DNA of 64,000 bases. It comes from Candidatus Woesearchaeota archaeon. Lineage in GTDB: Archaea > Nanobdellota > Nanobdellia > Pacearchaeales > GW2011-AR1. The position numbers and the translations under genes are program-made. Positions within the stretch are counted from its first letter, which is position 1. Each line of letters opens with the position of its first letter. Of the stretch, positions 18,511 to 28,810 are shown one piece after another. Location of the stretch: positions 475,949-539,948 of the forward strand of contig CAYJQB010000001.1 in NCBI GenBank assembly GCA_964372205.1, given 5' to 3'. The notes under the pieces were generated by a model that was not told the origin of the DNA, searched no databases, and saw nothing but the letters and a program-made list of their open reading frames with translations.

Positions 18511-19098
18511 TTACTTACCTCTTCTATTCCATGCTCTCAAGCTTGGCCTTACCTTCAAAGTTGGACTCTTTCCAGCCCTTACAAGTCCTCTAGACTTCTT
18601 AGCAGCACTTGTTAGACCTCTCTCAGCTCTCTTACTATTAGAATTAGTAGTTATCCATTTCATAGTTCTATCATTCTTTATCTCAGGCTTTGTAGGATCC
18701 ACCATTATAACTTCATAGAAATAATGTATCCCGTCCTGTCCAATCCAGTAACTGTTCAAAACTTCAAGACTCTTGTATCTTCTTGCAGCCCTCATCTCTG
18801 CAACCCATTGATAACTCATCTTCAAAACCTTTCTATTAGTTTGCTTTCTTGTCTTTCTACCTTTCACTCCAGCTCTTTTTCTCTTTCTTCCGCCTCTAAG
18901 GATTCTAACTCTAAGAACAACAAAACCCTTTTTAGCCTTATATCCTAAAGCTCTTGCTCTATCAAGCCTAAGAGGTTTCTCAACTGCCTCGATAGCATTT
19001 CCTCTTCTCCATTCAATCATTCTTGAACGAAGAGTCTCCATATCCGGCTTTTTCCATGATTCTTTCAAATAATGATACATTCCTTGTGCCATGACCAT
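18511..19098 (-). CDS. rpl15e: 50S ribosomal protein L15e
   Basis: RLDRARALGYKAKKG, LEVLNSYWIGQDG, RGLTSAAKKSRGL. Confidence 0.97.
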   Translation of the reverse strand: MVMAQGMYHYLKESWKKPDMETLRSRMIEWRRGNAIEAVEKPLRLDRARALGYKAKKGFVVLRVRILRGGRKRKRAGVKGRKTRKQTNRKVLKMSYQWVAEMRAARRYKSLEVLNSYWIGQDGIHYFYEVIMVDPTKPEIKNDRTMKWITTNSNSKRAERGLTSAAKKSRGLVRAGKSPTLKVRPSLRAWNRRGK

Positions 19099-19123
19099 TT
19101 TTAAGGAAAGCGCTTTTTAAATG

Positions 19124-19513
19124 TTACTGGTTTAAAAGAATCTCCCCATTGACCTTCCTAATAGAATTTTCTCCTTTTACAACATCTCCGGTGACAGCTC
19201 CAACAGGAAAAGCAAGAGCGTGATTTCCATCAACAGTTCTTATGTAAACTTGCTCTTCAGTTATATTTATCTCATATTCGAAACCGTTTATAGTATTCGG
19301 AATTGAAAACTCTCTCTGGTAGCCTTCTCTCGCCTCGGAAGCAAGATTTATCTCGTCCTGCACACTCACAGCAACCTCTTTCACAGCCAGACCGGTAGCC
19401 TCGAATTTCTTCTCCCCAATTTGTTCCTGCAATATTACAAGGAATCCTATCAACAAAAGTGAAGCAGCAGCCACTAATGCCATAAACTCCACTGCAGACT
19501 GTCCTCTTCTCAT
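19124..19513 (-). CDS. Pilin-like protein with class III signal peptide
   Basis: MRRG|QSAVEF followed by a hydrophobic helix; start moved to 19513. Confidence 0.85.
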   Translation of the reverse strand: MRRGQSAVEFMALVAAASLLLIGFLVILQEQIGEKKFEATGLAVKEVAVSVQDEINLASEAREGYQREFSIPNTINGFEYEINITEEQVYIRTVDGNHALAFPVGAVTGDVVKGENSIRKVNGEILLNQ

Positions 19514-19514
19514 T

Positions 19515-19922
19515 TTATGTCTCGCTAAAATATGCTTCATTTTCTGTAGCGATAACCTCTACTCTTTTTACACCTTCTTCAGTAGAAATTATACCGTTTA
19601 TAGGAACGTTGCTAGTGAAAGCCATAGTGGTGATGCCAGAGTTAGTAGTCATACTTATGATTAAATCATTTTCAATAACTTCAATGCTTCTTATCCCCAC
19701 AGGTAGATAAGCAGTAATAGTAAGTTTGGAAGGCTCCCCTGCATAAAAGACAGATTCACTACTAGAGATTAGTTTGCTAGCAAAAGTTGTGACTTGATTG
19801 ACTCTTATCCTATCTCTTATTCCTGAAGCGTAAAAATACCCTATACCTACAATGCTAATAACAAGAAAAACAACAAAGCCTATGACAATCAGATACTCTA
19901 CACTAATCTGCCCCTTTTTCAT
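19515..19922 (-). CDS. Pilin-like protein with class III signal peptide
   Basis: MKKG|QISVEYLIV followed by a hydrophobic helix; start moved to 19922. Confidence 0.88.
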   Translation of the reverse strand: MKKGQISVEYLIVIGFVVFLVISIVGIGYFYASGIRDRIRVNQVTTFASKLISSSESVFYAGEPSKLTITAYLPVGIRSIEVIENDLIISMTTNSGITTMAFTSNVPINGIISTEEGVKRVEVIATENEAYFSET

Positions 19923-19972
19923 TTCTAAAACTAGTCGGCAAGGTTTATAAAATAATTTGCCCAGATAATATA

Positions 19973-20533
19973 ATGAAAAAAGAGGGGAATGGCAGAGCTC
20001 TGAGCCTGTTTCTATCATTGATATTTATAGTCTCTATTTTCCATGTAACTGTACATATAATAGTCTATCAAACATCTATGCCTTTAGCTAAAACTATAGG
20101 GATTTCAGGACATGCTATAGGAAACGTAAATATTACAGATAGTTTTGAAGAAGACTTGAAAGAAAAATATCCAAAAGTTCTTCCACTCTCGCAAATGATT
20201 CTTATAATAGAATGGGGCCTTTTACTATCTCTAGCAATCTTTATGGTCGCAAGGACAAAAATAAATATAAGGAATGAATCACTAGGGATGGGTAAAGTCC
20301 TAAGAACAGACGATTCGAAAACGGATATCGACTTGCTTTACGATTTGCTCAAAGAAAAAAAGAGGATTGGAGTTTCAGCCATTGCAAAAAGTTTTGGAGT
20401 AACAAAAGAAACAGCTGAAGAATGGGGGGAAATATTAGAGAATGGAGATTTGGCTACAGTCGATTACCCTAGATTAGGAGAACCGCACATAATGATAAAC
20501 GAGGTGGAAAATGAAAAAGAAAAGAAACAATAA
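19973..20533 (+). CDS. Pilus-locus membrane protein with a C-terminal winged-helix-like domain
   Basis: Two TM segments, then TDIDLLYDLLKEKKRIGVSAIAKSFGV...WGEILE (wHTH-like). Confidence 0.7.
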   Translation: MKKEGNGRALSLFLSLIFIVSIFHVTVHIIVYQTSMPLAKTIGISGHAIGNVNITDSFEEDLKEKYPKVLPLSQMILIIEWGLLLSLAIFMVARTKINIRNESLGMGKVLRTDDSKTDIDLLYDLLKEKKRIGVSAIAKSFGVTKETAEEWGEILENGDLATVDYPRLGEPHIMINEVENEKEKKQ

Positions 20534-22169
20534 GCACATTAGTCATATAAAACAAAAGAAGATATCTCACGACAAGACTAATTCCAGACATGAGCACAAA
20601 ATACATTCTAATAGCGCCAAACCAATTCATCAAATTACAAAACCATTAAAACATCACATCAAAACTCATGTGTCTGCAACAGCTCATTCCGAAGACAAAT
20701 ATTCTATAGAGATAGATAAGGCAAAAGTGAATGTTGAAATAAAAAAAGAACCTACCGGATTTAGATATAGTCTAGACATTCCGTCTATAAACATCGCAAC
20801 AGAAACCTTGCTTAAAGAGATAAGAAATGACTTAATATCTCTCACAACAATAACTATGAAAGAGCTTGCAGACTCAAAGTCCTACTCTGTAATCAAAAAA
20901 AGATTCATGGAAGATGCAACGAAAGTTCTGAGAGAAAAACTCCCACATATCCAAAAAGAAACCGAAGAATTCCTTATAGGCAAATTAATGCAAGACATGT
21001 TAGGTCTCGGAAAAATAGAATTTCTTATTAATGACCCCAACCTAGAAGAAATAGTTATCCCTTCTTCAAAGTCACCAGTTAGAGTATTCTCCAAAAAGTA
21101 TGGATGGCTTGAAACCAATATCACAATCCCTACCGAAGAAGAAATAGTTAATTATGCAAACATAATTGCTAGAAGAGTAGGAAGACAGATTACAGTGCTT
21201 TCTCCTTTATTAGATGCTCACCTGATTACTGGAGATAGAATAAATGCTGTCCTTTACCCCATTAACACTGATGGTAACACTATAACTATAAGAAAATTTG
21301 CCCGTGATCCTTATACTATAATAGACTTGATTCAGAACCAGACGTGCAATCTAGATATTGCTGCATTGTTATGGCTGGCGATTGAATATGAGATGAACGT
21401 TTTAATTTCTGGAGGAACCGCTTCAGGAAAAACTTCTTTCCTTAATGCATGCATGCCTTTCATTCCTCCGAACCACCGAATAATAAGTATAGAAGATACA
21501 AGAGAGCTTATGTTGCCTGACTTCCTTTACTGGACGCCCTTAGTCACCAGAACTCCTAATCCTGAAGGAAAGGGTGAGGTTAGTATGCTTGACCTTCTTG
21601 TCAACTCTCTAAGAATGAGACCTGACAGAATAATCTTGGGAGAGATGAGAAAACACCAAGAAGCAATGGTTTTGTTCGAAGCCATGCATACCGGTCACAG
21701 TGTTTATGCTACAGTCCACGCAGACTCTGCTACTGAAACAATCTCCAGACTGATAAATCCTCCAATCGACGTGCCTCCGAATTTACTGAAAGCCGTCAAC
21801 CTTAACCTTGTAATGTTCAGAGACAGAAGAAAAGGAATAAGGAGAGTTTTACAGATATCTGAATTTGAGACAAGTAAAGATGGAGCAGATGCAAATATTT
21901 TATACAGATGGCTTCCTGAAGAAGACAAAATAATAAAGCACAGCGAAAGCTCCCGTTTCTTTGAAGACTTAAGCAGACATACAGGAATGGGACAGAGAGA
22001 AATTCAGCAAGATTTAGATGAAAAAAAGAATATTCTTTCATGGATGATTAAGAATAGCATAAGAAGCTTGGACAAAGTAGGAAAGATAATAAACACATAT
22101 TATAAGAGCAAACCTCATTTGCTGGAAGCTATAAAAAAGAATTCTCCTGAACTGATAATAGGCAAATAA
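20511..22169 (+). CDS. Type IV/Tad pilus assembly ATPase (TadA/CpaF family)
   Basis: SGGTASGKT, SIEDTREL, SLRMRPDRIILGE, AMHTGH, TVHA. Confidence 0.95.
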   Translation: MKKKRNNKHISHIKQKKISHDKTNSRHEHKIHSNSAKPIHQITKPLKHHIKTHVSATAHSEDKYSIEIDKAKVNVEIKKEPTGFRYSLDIPSINIATETLLKEIRNDLISLTTITMKELADSKSYSVIKKRFMEDATKVLREKLPHIQKETEEFLIGKLMQDMLGLGKIEFLINDPNLEEIVIPSSKSPVRVFSKKYGWLETNITIPTEEEIVNYANIIARRVGRQITVLSPLLDAHLITGDRINAVLYPINTDGNTITIRKFARDPYTIIDLIQNQTCNLDIAALLWLAIEYEMNVLISGGTASGKTSFLNACMPFIPPNHRIISIEDTRELMLPDFLYWTPLVTRTPNPEGKGEVSMLDLLVNSLRMRPDRIILGEMRKHQEAMVLFEAMHTGHSVYATVHADSATETISRLINPPIDVPPNLLKAVNLNLVMFRDRRKGIRRVLQISEFETSKDGADANILYRWLPEEDKIIKHSESSRFFEDLSRHTGMGQREIQQDLDEKKNILSWMIKNSIRSLDKVGKIINTYYKSKPHLLEAIKKNSPELIIGK

Positions 22170-22171
22170 AT

Positions 22172-23053
22172 ATGAAGTTTAGAATTCCATTTACAATATC
22201 AAGCATAGATAGACTTAGGAAAACCTCTAAACCATTCACTAAGTTTGTAAAGCCAAAGAAAAGATCGAAACTTAAAGCATATTTACAAAATGCAGATGTT
22301 AAAATCACCAGAGAAGAATATATCGCAGTTTCTATCAAAAGCTTTCTAGTCTTCTTTGCAGTGCTGTACCTTATCTCTTCAACTATTCTTTATCTTGTTG
22401 ATGTGAACAACCCATTTGGGAACGCACTCATTCTAGCTTTAGTATTTTCACTCTTCGTATCATTCAGCCAGTTAGTCTATCCAAAAGTCTATTCTTCAAG
22501 AAAGCAGAAGAATATTGAAAAAAATCTTATTTCCGCTCTGGAAGACATACTAGTGCAATTAACCTCTGGAATACCTCTTTTCACAATTTTGGTTAATATC
22601 TCTTCTGCAGGTTATGAAGAGCTCAGTGGGGAGTTCAAGAAAGCAGTTAGAAAGATAAATGCAGGATTCCCACAGATAGAAGTCTTGGAAGAACTAGGAG
22701 AGAAAAATGTTTCTCTTTATTTTAGAAGAACTCTTTGGCAGATAAGCAACGGAATGAAAGCTGGAAGCGACATTGCCTTGGTTATTAGAGATAGCATAAA
22801 AGCTCTGAACGAAGAGCAAGTTCTTCAAATACAGACTTATGGAAACAAATTGAATCCCCTCATAATGTTCTACATGTTAATATCAGTCATCCTCCCTGCA
22901 TTGGCAATAACTTTCCTCACTATAATATCTTCCCTCGTCAGCCTTCCTGAAACCCTCACAGTTCTTATGTTTGTAGCTCTGTTTATTTTTGTCATTTTAA
23001 TCCAGATTGTTTTCCTAGGTGCAATTAAATCTGCGAGGCCAAGTTTACTGTAA
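22172..23053 (+). CDS. Pilus membrane platform protein (T2SS F / TadB-C family)
   Basis: TM segments plus the IEKNLISALE...SGIPL...ELSGEF pattern; follows the ATPase. Confidence 0.9.
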   Translation: MKFRIPFTISSIDRLRKTSKPFTKFVKPKKRSKLKAYLQNADVKITREEYIAVSIKSFLVFFAVLYLISSTILYLVDVNNPFGNALILALVFSLFVSFSQLVYPKVYSSRKQKNIEKNLISALEDILVQLTSGIPLFTILVNISSAGYEELSGEFKKAVRKINAGFPQIEVLEELGEKNVSLYFRRTLWQISNGMKAGSDIALVIRDSIKALNEEQVLQIQTYGNKLNPLIMFYMLISVILPALAITFLTIISSLVSLPETLTVLMFVALFIFVILIQIVFLGAIKSARPSLL

Positions 23054-23054
23054 A

Positions 23055-23945
23055 ATGAAAAAGAGAGAAAGAAAACCATTGAGAGCATTACCTTCGATAG
23101 GAATAGCATTGGCTATTGGAATGGTTGTCCTTTACTCCTCAAAAAGCATTTGGTTTTCAATTAGCACAATAATAGTTTCATTCGTCCTGTTAATTCTTTA
23201 CTTCATAGCAAGAGAAAAGCTGAAAATCCAGAGCAGGATAAAAAGAATGGAAAGTGTCTTCCCTGATTTTCTTCAGTTGATGGCAAGCAATCTTAGAGCA
23301 GGCATAACAATAGACAAAGCCCTTCTCCTTAGCTCCCGTAAAGAGTTCGCTCCTCTTGATATAGAAATAAATCAGCTTGGAAAAGATCTCGTTACAGGAA
23401 AGCAGATTGATAATGCCCTTAAAGAAATGGCAGAAAGAATCAATTCTGAAAGCATAAAAAAGATTACCTCGATAATAATCTCCGGAATAAGATCTGGAGG
23501 AGATATTGCAGTCCTTCTAGAACAAACAGCTATAAACATGAAGGAAAGAAACTTTGTCGAGAAAAAATCTGCTTCCAATGTTCTTATGTATGTGATATTC
23601 ATATTCTTTGCAATAGCTGTTGGAGCTCCAGTCCTGTTCGCCCTTTCGTCAGTCCTTGTAGAAGTGCTTACAAACATATTGTCAAATCTCCCCTCTCTAG
23701 AATCAAGTGTCTCCTTACCATTCACACTTACAAAAATAACAATATCTGTCAATTTCATAACCTATTTTTCATTAATCTTTTTGATAATGACAGACATTCT
23801 AGGATCGTTAGTTATAGGATTAGTAAGGATGGGTGAAGAAAAAGAAGGTATGAAGTATGTATTCCCGCTCATCTTAATCAGCGTCACAATATTTTTTGTA
23901 GTTAAATATTTCCTTTTGAGCTACTTTTCAGGTTTAGTAGGATAA
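23055..23945 (+). CDS. Pilus membrane platform protein (T2SS F / TadC family)
   Basis: FPDFLQLMASNLRAGITIDKAL, SGGDIAVLL; start moved to 23055. Confidence 0.9.
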   Translation: MKKRERKPLRALPSIGIALAIGMVVLYSSKSIWFSISTIIVSFVLLILYFIAREKLKIQSRIKRMESVFPDFLQLMASNLRAGITIDKALLLSSRKEFAPLDIEINQLGKDLVTGKQIDNALKEMAERINSESIKKITSIIISGIRSGGDIAVLLEQTAINMKERNFVEKKSASNVLMYVIFIFFAIAVGAPVLFALSSVLVEVLTNILSNLPSLESSVSLPFTLTKITISVNFITYFSLIFLIMTDILGSLVIGLVRMGEEKEGMKYVFPLILISVTIFFVVKYFLLSYFSGLVG

Positions 23946-23973
23946 TGTCAGCAATGTTTTTATACCTGAAAAG

Positions 23974-24780
23974 ATGAATAAGATTATGAAAGAAAGAGAT
24001 GTTAAAAAGATTAAAAAATCTAAACAAAAAAAAATTCACACCAAGAGCATTAAAAGACATCAAAAAAAAATTACTCCAACTCGAATATCTAGAGTTTTAA
24101 GCGGAATACCAAATCTTGACAAGATGATTGAAGGTGGTTTTGAGAAGAATTCTACAAACCTGATTGTTGGAGGTCCTGGAAGCGGGAAGACTATCTTTGC
24201 AACTCAATTCCTTGCTGAAGGAATAAAAAATGATGAGAATTGTCTTTATGTTACATTTGAAGAAAAAAAAGACCAGTTCTATTACAACATGAAAAGATTT
24301 GGATGGGATCTGGAAAAATATGAAAAAAGTGGCAAATTCACTTTCCTAGAATACACTCCTATAAAAGTCAAAACAATGTTGGAAGAGGGAGGAGGCGCTA
24401 TTGAAAGCATAATCCTAAAAAAGAAAATCAAAAGGATGGTAATTGACAGCATAACATCCTTCGCATTGCTCTTTGATGACGAACTTAAAAAAAGAGAGGC
24501 TGCTTTAGAATTATTCAATATGCTAAAAAGATGGGATTGCACAACAATATTGACTTTTGAAGGAAAACCTCTAAGAGATGAAAAAATCGCATCGAGAACT
24601 CTCGAGTTTGAATCAGATTCTATTACTCTACTTCACTTTGTTAGAAAAATACTAAAAAGAGAAAGATTCATAGAAATACTCAAGATGAGAGGAACAGACC
24701 ATTCAAAAGAAATTCATCCGTTTTCTATAACGAAAAAGGGAATAGAAATTGGCAAGAATCCTGTCAGAGGAATCATCTAA
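23974..24780 (+). CDS. KaiC/RAD55-like RecA-fold ATPase
   Basis: SGIPNLDKMIEGG, GGPGSGKT, YVTFEE, VIDSIT, ILKMRGT. Confidence 0.9.
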   Translation: MNKIMKERDVKKIKKSKQKKIHTKSIKRHQKKITPTRISRVLSGIPNLDKMIEGGFEKNSTNLIVGGPGSGKTIFATQFLAEGIKNDENCLYVTFEEKKDQFYYNMKRFGWDLEKYEKSGKFTFLEYTPIKVKTMLEEGGGAIESIILKKKIKRMVIDSITSFALLFDDELKKREAALELFNMLKRWDCTTILTFEGKPLRDEKIASRTLEFESDSITLLHFVRKILKRERFIEILKMRGTDHSKEIHPFSITKKGIEIGKNPVRGII

Positions 24781-24817
24781 ACACGAAGTTTAAATAATTA
24801 AATCTGCTGATTGATAA

Positions 24818-25297
24818 ATGAACAAAAGAGGGCAGGCTTGGGGTTTTGATTTACTAATAGCTTCATCGGTTTTTTTCCTTGCAATAGCGATTTTCTTCGT
24901 CTACACTTTGAACTCTTCTAAAGACTACGAACAAAAATTAGAAGACCTTTTATATGAAGGGAATTCCATGGCTGAAGATTTAATGTCTGAAGGTTTTCCT
25001 GCAGATTGGAATATCGATAATGTAAAAACAATAGGGCTTCTAAATGAAAGCAAGATTGATAAAGAAAAATTGGAAAATTTCTACACACTTTCCACATCAG
25101 ACTATAGAAAAACAAAAGCTCTTTTTGATATAAAATATGATTACTTTATGAATTTCACAGAACCTATTATAATCGAATCAGAACAGATTGAAGGCATCGG
25201 CATAAAACCAGTCACTCCCAAAAATCTCGTTAAAATCTCAAGATTTACAATCTTCAATAATAAACCTACCACTTTAAACCTCTACATATGGGAATGA
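24818..25297 (+). CDS. Minor pilin-like protein (class III signal)
   Basis: MNKRG|QAWGFDLL followed by a hydrophobic helix. Confidence 0.85.
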   Translation: MNKRGQAWGFDLLIASSVFFLAIAIFFVYTLNSSKDYEQKLEDLLYEGNSMAEDLMSEGFPADWNIDNVKTIGLLNESKIDKEKLENFYTLSTSDYRKTKALFDIKYDYFMNFTEPIIIESEQIEGIGIKPVTPKNLVKISRFTIFNNKPTTLNLYIWE

Positions 25298-27792
25298 CTA
25301 CAAGGAAAGCAGTGTTTTTCAGTACAGATGCGTTAGTAGCCTTGCTTCTTGTATTTCTAGTCGTCCTGATAGCAATACCCTTTACAAAGCAGTCGAAGAG
25401 CGAAAGCAAAATCGAACAGGATTTGATAACTACTCTGTCTTCTCTAAAAGTCGGTGAGATTGATAACGTCTATGTACAAGATTTGATAACTCAAGGTATT
25501 ATAACAAATACAGACAATACTTTATTAGAACAGCTGGGAGAGTTTTATGTCACAAACAAAAGCCTTGCTGAGACAATGTCTGGCGAATTACTGAAAGACT
25601 TGACAACTAACGAAAACATAGGGATTTGGTTTGAGAATACACTTATTGCATCAAAAAACTACTCACCTATAGAAGAGGCAAAACAAATTGATACTGCAAG
25701 ACAAATAGTAAGCGGAATCCAGGCTGGAGAGAATATAACTGGATACTCTGCAAGAGCATTTTTGACAAGCAGTCTCCAGAGCAAATACTTTTACTTCGGA
25801 GGATATATTGGAAATGGAAATCTGACTGCTAACATCGAATACTCTGGGAATATAACTTCATCTGAATTAGAAATAGCAGTAAATAATGATTTTGACTTAT
25901 ACGTTAATGGAGAATTCGCAGGACAATATCAAAAATCTGTAGATGACCTGACTCCCTCAAAATACTCAATTCCTGTTGAATCATTTAACTCTGGCGTAAA
26001 TACTCTCAGCATCCAAGGAACAAACCTCTACATTGCAGGAGGATTTCTAAAATTGTCTTATGAAGCTTCTGAATCTTATAGTCAGATTGAAAAACAAAAT
26101 ATTCCCGGTGTGACTGGCCTTATAAATATCTACGATGGACTTACTCTCCCAGAAAATTTTGATAGTTTGGATATTTCACTCCATTTAGACTCTAATTATA
26201 CAGTTTTCATGACTTTAGGAAATAAGACTATATTTTCAGGACAAACAGAAGGTGAAGAGACTATAACCCTATCTGACAATGAGCTTTCAACAATCTTAGA
26301 TTATGAAAGGTTATCTGGAAAAACAACTCCCTTTAGAATAGGCTTGGAAAATGTTTCTTATGTGATAAACTTTAGCTCAAAAGCAGATGTGTTTTCAGTG
26401 ACAGACATATCAGGAAGCATGGCAGACTCCTGCAATTCGAATCCAAAATTCTGGTGTTGTCTCTTTAGTGGAAATTACTGCAGAAGTGAACAAACTTGCA
26501 CAGCCTGTGGAGGTGTTTGGACAGAAAAAATCTCACTTGCTAAAGAAGCTAACAATCTACTCATAGACACACTCTTGAACTACACAGAAAATAAGGTTGG
26601 ACTAGTAGGATACAGAGATATAGCAAGTGACAACGATTATCATGCCCTCTCAGATAATGCAGACAGCCTAAAGTCCAAAGTTTCAAGCTGGTCTGCTAAT
26701 GGAGAGACTTGCGTCTGCTGCGGAATAAATAAAGCTAATCAAGGGTTTCAAGGCTCAAGCTCGGACAGACAAAAAGCCATGATTGTCCTCAGTGACGGCA
26801 TCGCTAACAGACAATGCCCACAGCAAAACACGGGAGATGCAAAACAAGATGCTATTTTAGCAGCATGTCAGACATTTGATAACTACAACATAACTGTTCA
26901 TGCCGTAGGATTTGGTCAGAATGCAGATGAAGCAACTCTTCAGTCGATAGCTTCCTGCGGGAACGGAAGTTATTATTTTGCAGATGTTAATGATATAGTT
27001 GAACTCTACGAAGAAATAGCTAACGATATCATAGAAGGGTTTTACCGCGAGCAGACAATTGAACTAGAGGGAAACATCACTACAAAAATCTTCGCCGATT
27101 CTTTCATCCAATATGGATATAATTCCACAGTCAACCCATTTGGACTCATAATAACCTCCGAGAAAAAATTTGATGATGCGAACAAAGGACAATTCTCAAT
27201 CCCCTACAATTCAACAGTTCTTGAAGCATTTGCCATATCCTACTCAGGGTCCAAATGGACAAAAAATGTGATACTAAATAATGCCTCTTTTTACAACCTG
27301 ACTCTGTTTGGGAAGAACTACACTGAATTAGGAGACCCTTACTCTATAAAAATACCAAATGGCTATATATTAGAGAACAACTTAGTAGAAATCACTACGG
27401 GAACATCTCATGAAAACTCAACCTCTGGCTCAGAATATAACAAAATAATCTACACAATCTTCAAGAATGCATCAGCTTTCTCTCCTATAGCTACTCAAGC
27501 AGAAGGATGCATTTGGAAGATAGAATTTGAAAACGGAGAAAACATAACTACTGCAGTACCAAGTGATTATGCTGGTGAAGAAGAATGCTCCTACACTTCT
27601 CAAAACGTCTATTATAACATCAATGACGCAATCCAGACCGCAGTGTATTTGTTGTTAAAACAACTGGATTTGAACCTAAATCAAAAGATAGACTTGCAAT
27701 TTACAGAACAGGACCTACAAATTGACTTTTCAGAGATACAGGGAATACCATTCCCATGGTCTACAGAGATACAGGTGAGAAAATGGATATGA
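25288..27792 (+). CDS. Large pilin-like VWA-domain protein (putative pilus adhesin)
   Basis: RKA|VFFSTD class III-like signal; MIDAS DISGS, IVLSDG, VHAVGFG. Confidence 0.85.
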   Translation: MGMTTRKAVFFSTDALVALLLVFLVVLIAIPFTKQSKSESKIEQDLITTLSSLKVGEIDNVYVQDLITQGIITNTDNTLLEQLGEFYVTNKSLAETMSGELLKDLTTNENIGIWFENTLIASKNYSPIEEAKQIDTARQIVSGIQAGENITGYSARAFLTSSLQSKYFYFGGYIGNGNLTANIEYSGNITSSELEIAVNNDFDLYVNGEFAGQYQKSVDDLTPSKYSIPVESFNSGVNTLSIQGTNLYIAGGFLKLSYEASESYSQIEKQNIPGVTGLINIYDGLTLPENFDSLDISLHLDSNYTVFMTLGNKTIFSGQTEGEETITLSDNELSTILDYERLSGKTTPFRIGLENVSYVINFSSKADVFSVTDISGSMADSCNSNPKFWCCLFSGNYCRSEQTCTACGGVWTEKISLAKEANNLLIDTLLNYTENKVGLVGYRDIASDNDYHALSDNADSLKSKVSSWSANGETCVCCGINKANQGFQGSSSDRQKAMIVLSDGIANRQCPQQNTGDAKQDAILAACQTFDNYNITVHAVGFGQNADEATLQSIASCGNGSYYFADVNDIVELYEEIANDIIEGFYREQTIELEGNITTKIFADSFIQYGYNSTVNPFGLIITSEKKFDDANKGQFSIPYNSTVLEAFAISYSGSKWTKNVILNNASFYNLTLFGKNYTELGDPYSIKIPNGYILENNLVEITTGTSHENSTSGSEYNKIIYTIFKNASAFSPIATQAEGCIWKIEFENGENITTAVPSDYAGEEECSYTSQNVYYNINDAIQTAVYLLLKQLDLNLNQKIDLQFTEQDLQIDFSEIQGIPFPWSTEIQVRKWI

Positions 27793-28715
27793 ACAAAAAA
27801 GGTATGTTCTTCACTATAATAGTTCTTGTACTACTTTCACTTTTTCTTGTCACATATACTTTTTATTCCGATGTGAAAAACAGGGACCCTATCCAAAAGA
27901 GAATAACCACAATGGACAATTTCTTATTCTCAATAGAGAAAGACCTTCCTAGACAATTGTACATCTCAGGATTCAGAACAATATTCCTTGTAGAAAAGCA
28001 AATTCTTGAGACTGGGAGATATAACTCAGATATTGACAATACCTTCCAGGAGGCTTTTTTCGAGGGAGAAATAAATGACATCCCTCAAGAAATAATGATA
28101 GGAGCAACCTTCAACGACATCTCAAGTAACATACAAGAAAAGGCCAGGAAGCTTAACATCAACATTACTATGACTAATCCAAACCTTACTATAACTCAAA
28201 CAGACCCCTGGAATGTGAAAGTCAGTCTGAGAACTTCACTTTTCATGGAGGATAATAACGACCTTGCCACCTGGAATAAAACTCAAGTCTTCGAAGCATT
28301 TATTCCAATAAAAGACTTTGAAGATCCTTTCTACACAATTAACACTCAGGGGCTTGTGATAAACAAAATAAGAGAATCTCCTTTTGAAACATTTGTGGAA
28401 GGAAGCAATGTCTCGAATCTCCTTAATCACTCCCTTGAATCATACTACATCGAGTCTGACACAGCCCCAAGTTTCCTAGATAGACTCCAAGGAGTCACAG
28501 TAGCAAATCAGAATGGTATAGAGTCCTTAGTAAACCTTCAAAAACTTAGCTCTCAGGGGATAAACATCAAATCAAAGTCTGCAGTGGATTACATATACTT
28601 TTCAGAATTAAGTCCGGAATCCTGTAATATTCAAGGAATGCCTTCATGGTTCAGGCTGGACACCGAACATCTCTTGGTATATCAGGCAAATGGCCTAGAA
28701 TCCAACTGCAACTAA
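27789..28715 (+). CDS. Minor pilin-like protein (class III signal)
   Basis: MNKKG|MFFT plus TM; ATGA overlap with the VWA gene. Confidence 0.85.
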   Translation: MNKKGMFFTIIVLVLLSLFLVTYTFYSDVKNRDPIQKRITTMDNFLFSIEKDLPRQLYISGFRTIFLVEKQILETGRYNSDIDNTFQEAFFEGEINDIPQEIMIGATFNDISSNIQEKARKLNINITMTNPNLTITQTDPWNVKVSLRTSLFMEDNNDLATWNKTQVFEAFIPIKDFEDPFYTINTQGLVINKIRESPFETFVEGSNVSNLLNHSLESYYIESDTAPSFLDRLQGVTVANQNGIESLVNLQKLSSQGINIKSKSAVDYIYFSELSPESCNIQGMPSWFRLDTEHLLVYQANGLESNCN

Positions 28716-28750
28716 TAAAATCCCAATATCTGTATACGATAACAAGAATA

Positions 28751-28803
28751 TTTATATAGGATAGTTCTTCCTTATTTGTAATAGTTAATAGGTAAAAGGA
28801 GGT
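28751..28803 (+). promoter_or_regulatory. TATA box and strong SD of the major pilin
   Basis: TTTATATA at 28751 and AAAAGGAGGT at 28794-28803. Confidence 0.7.
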
Positions 28804-28810
28804 TTAACAA

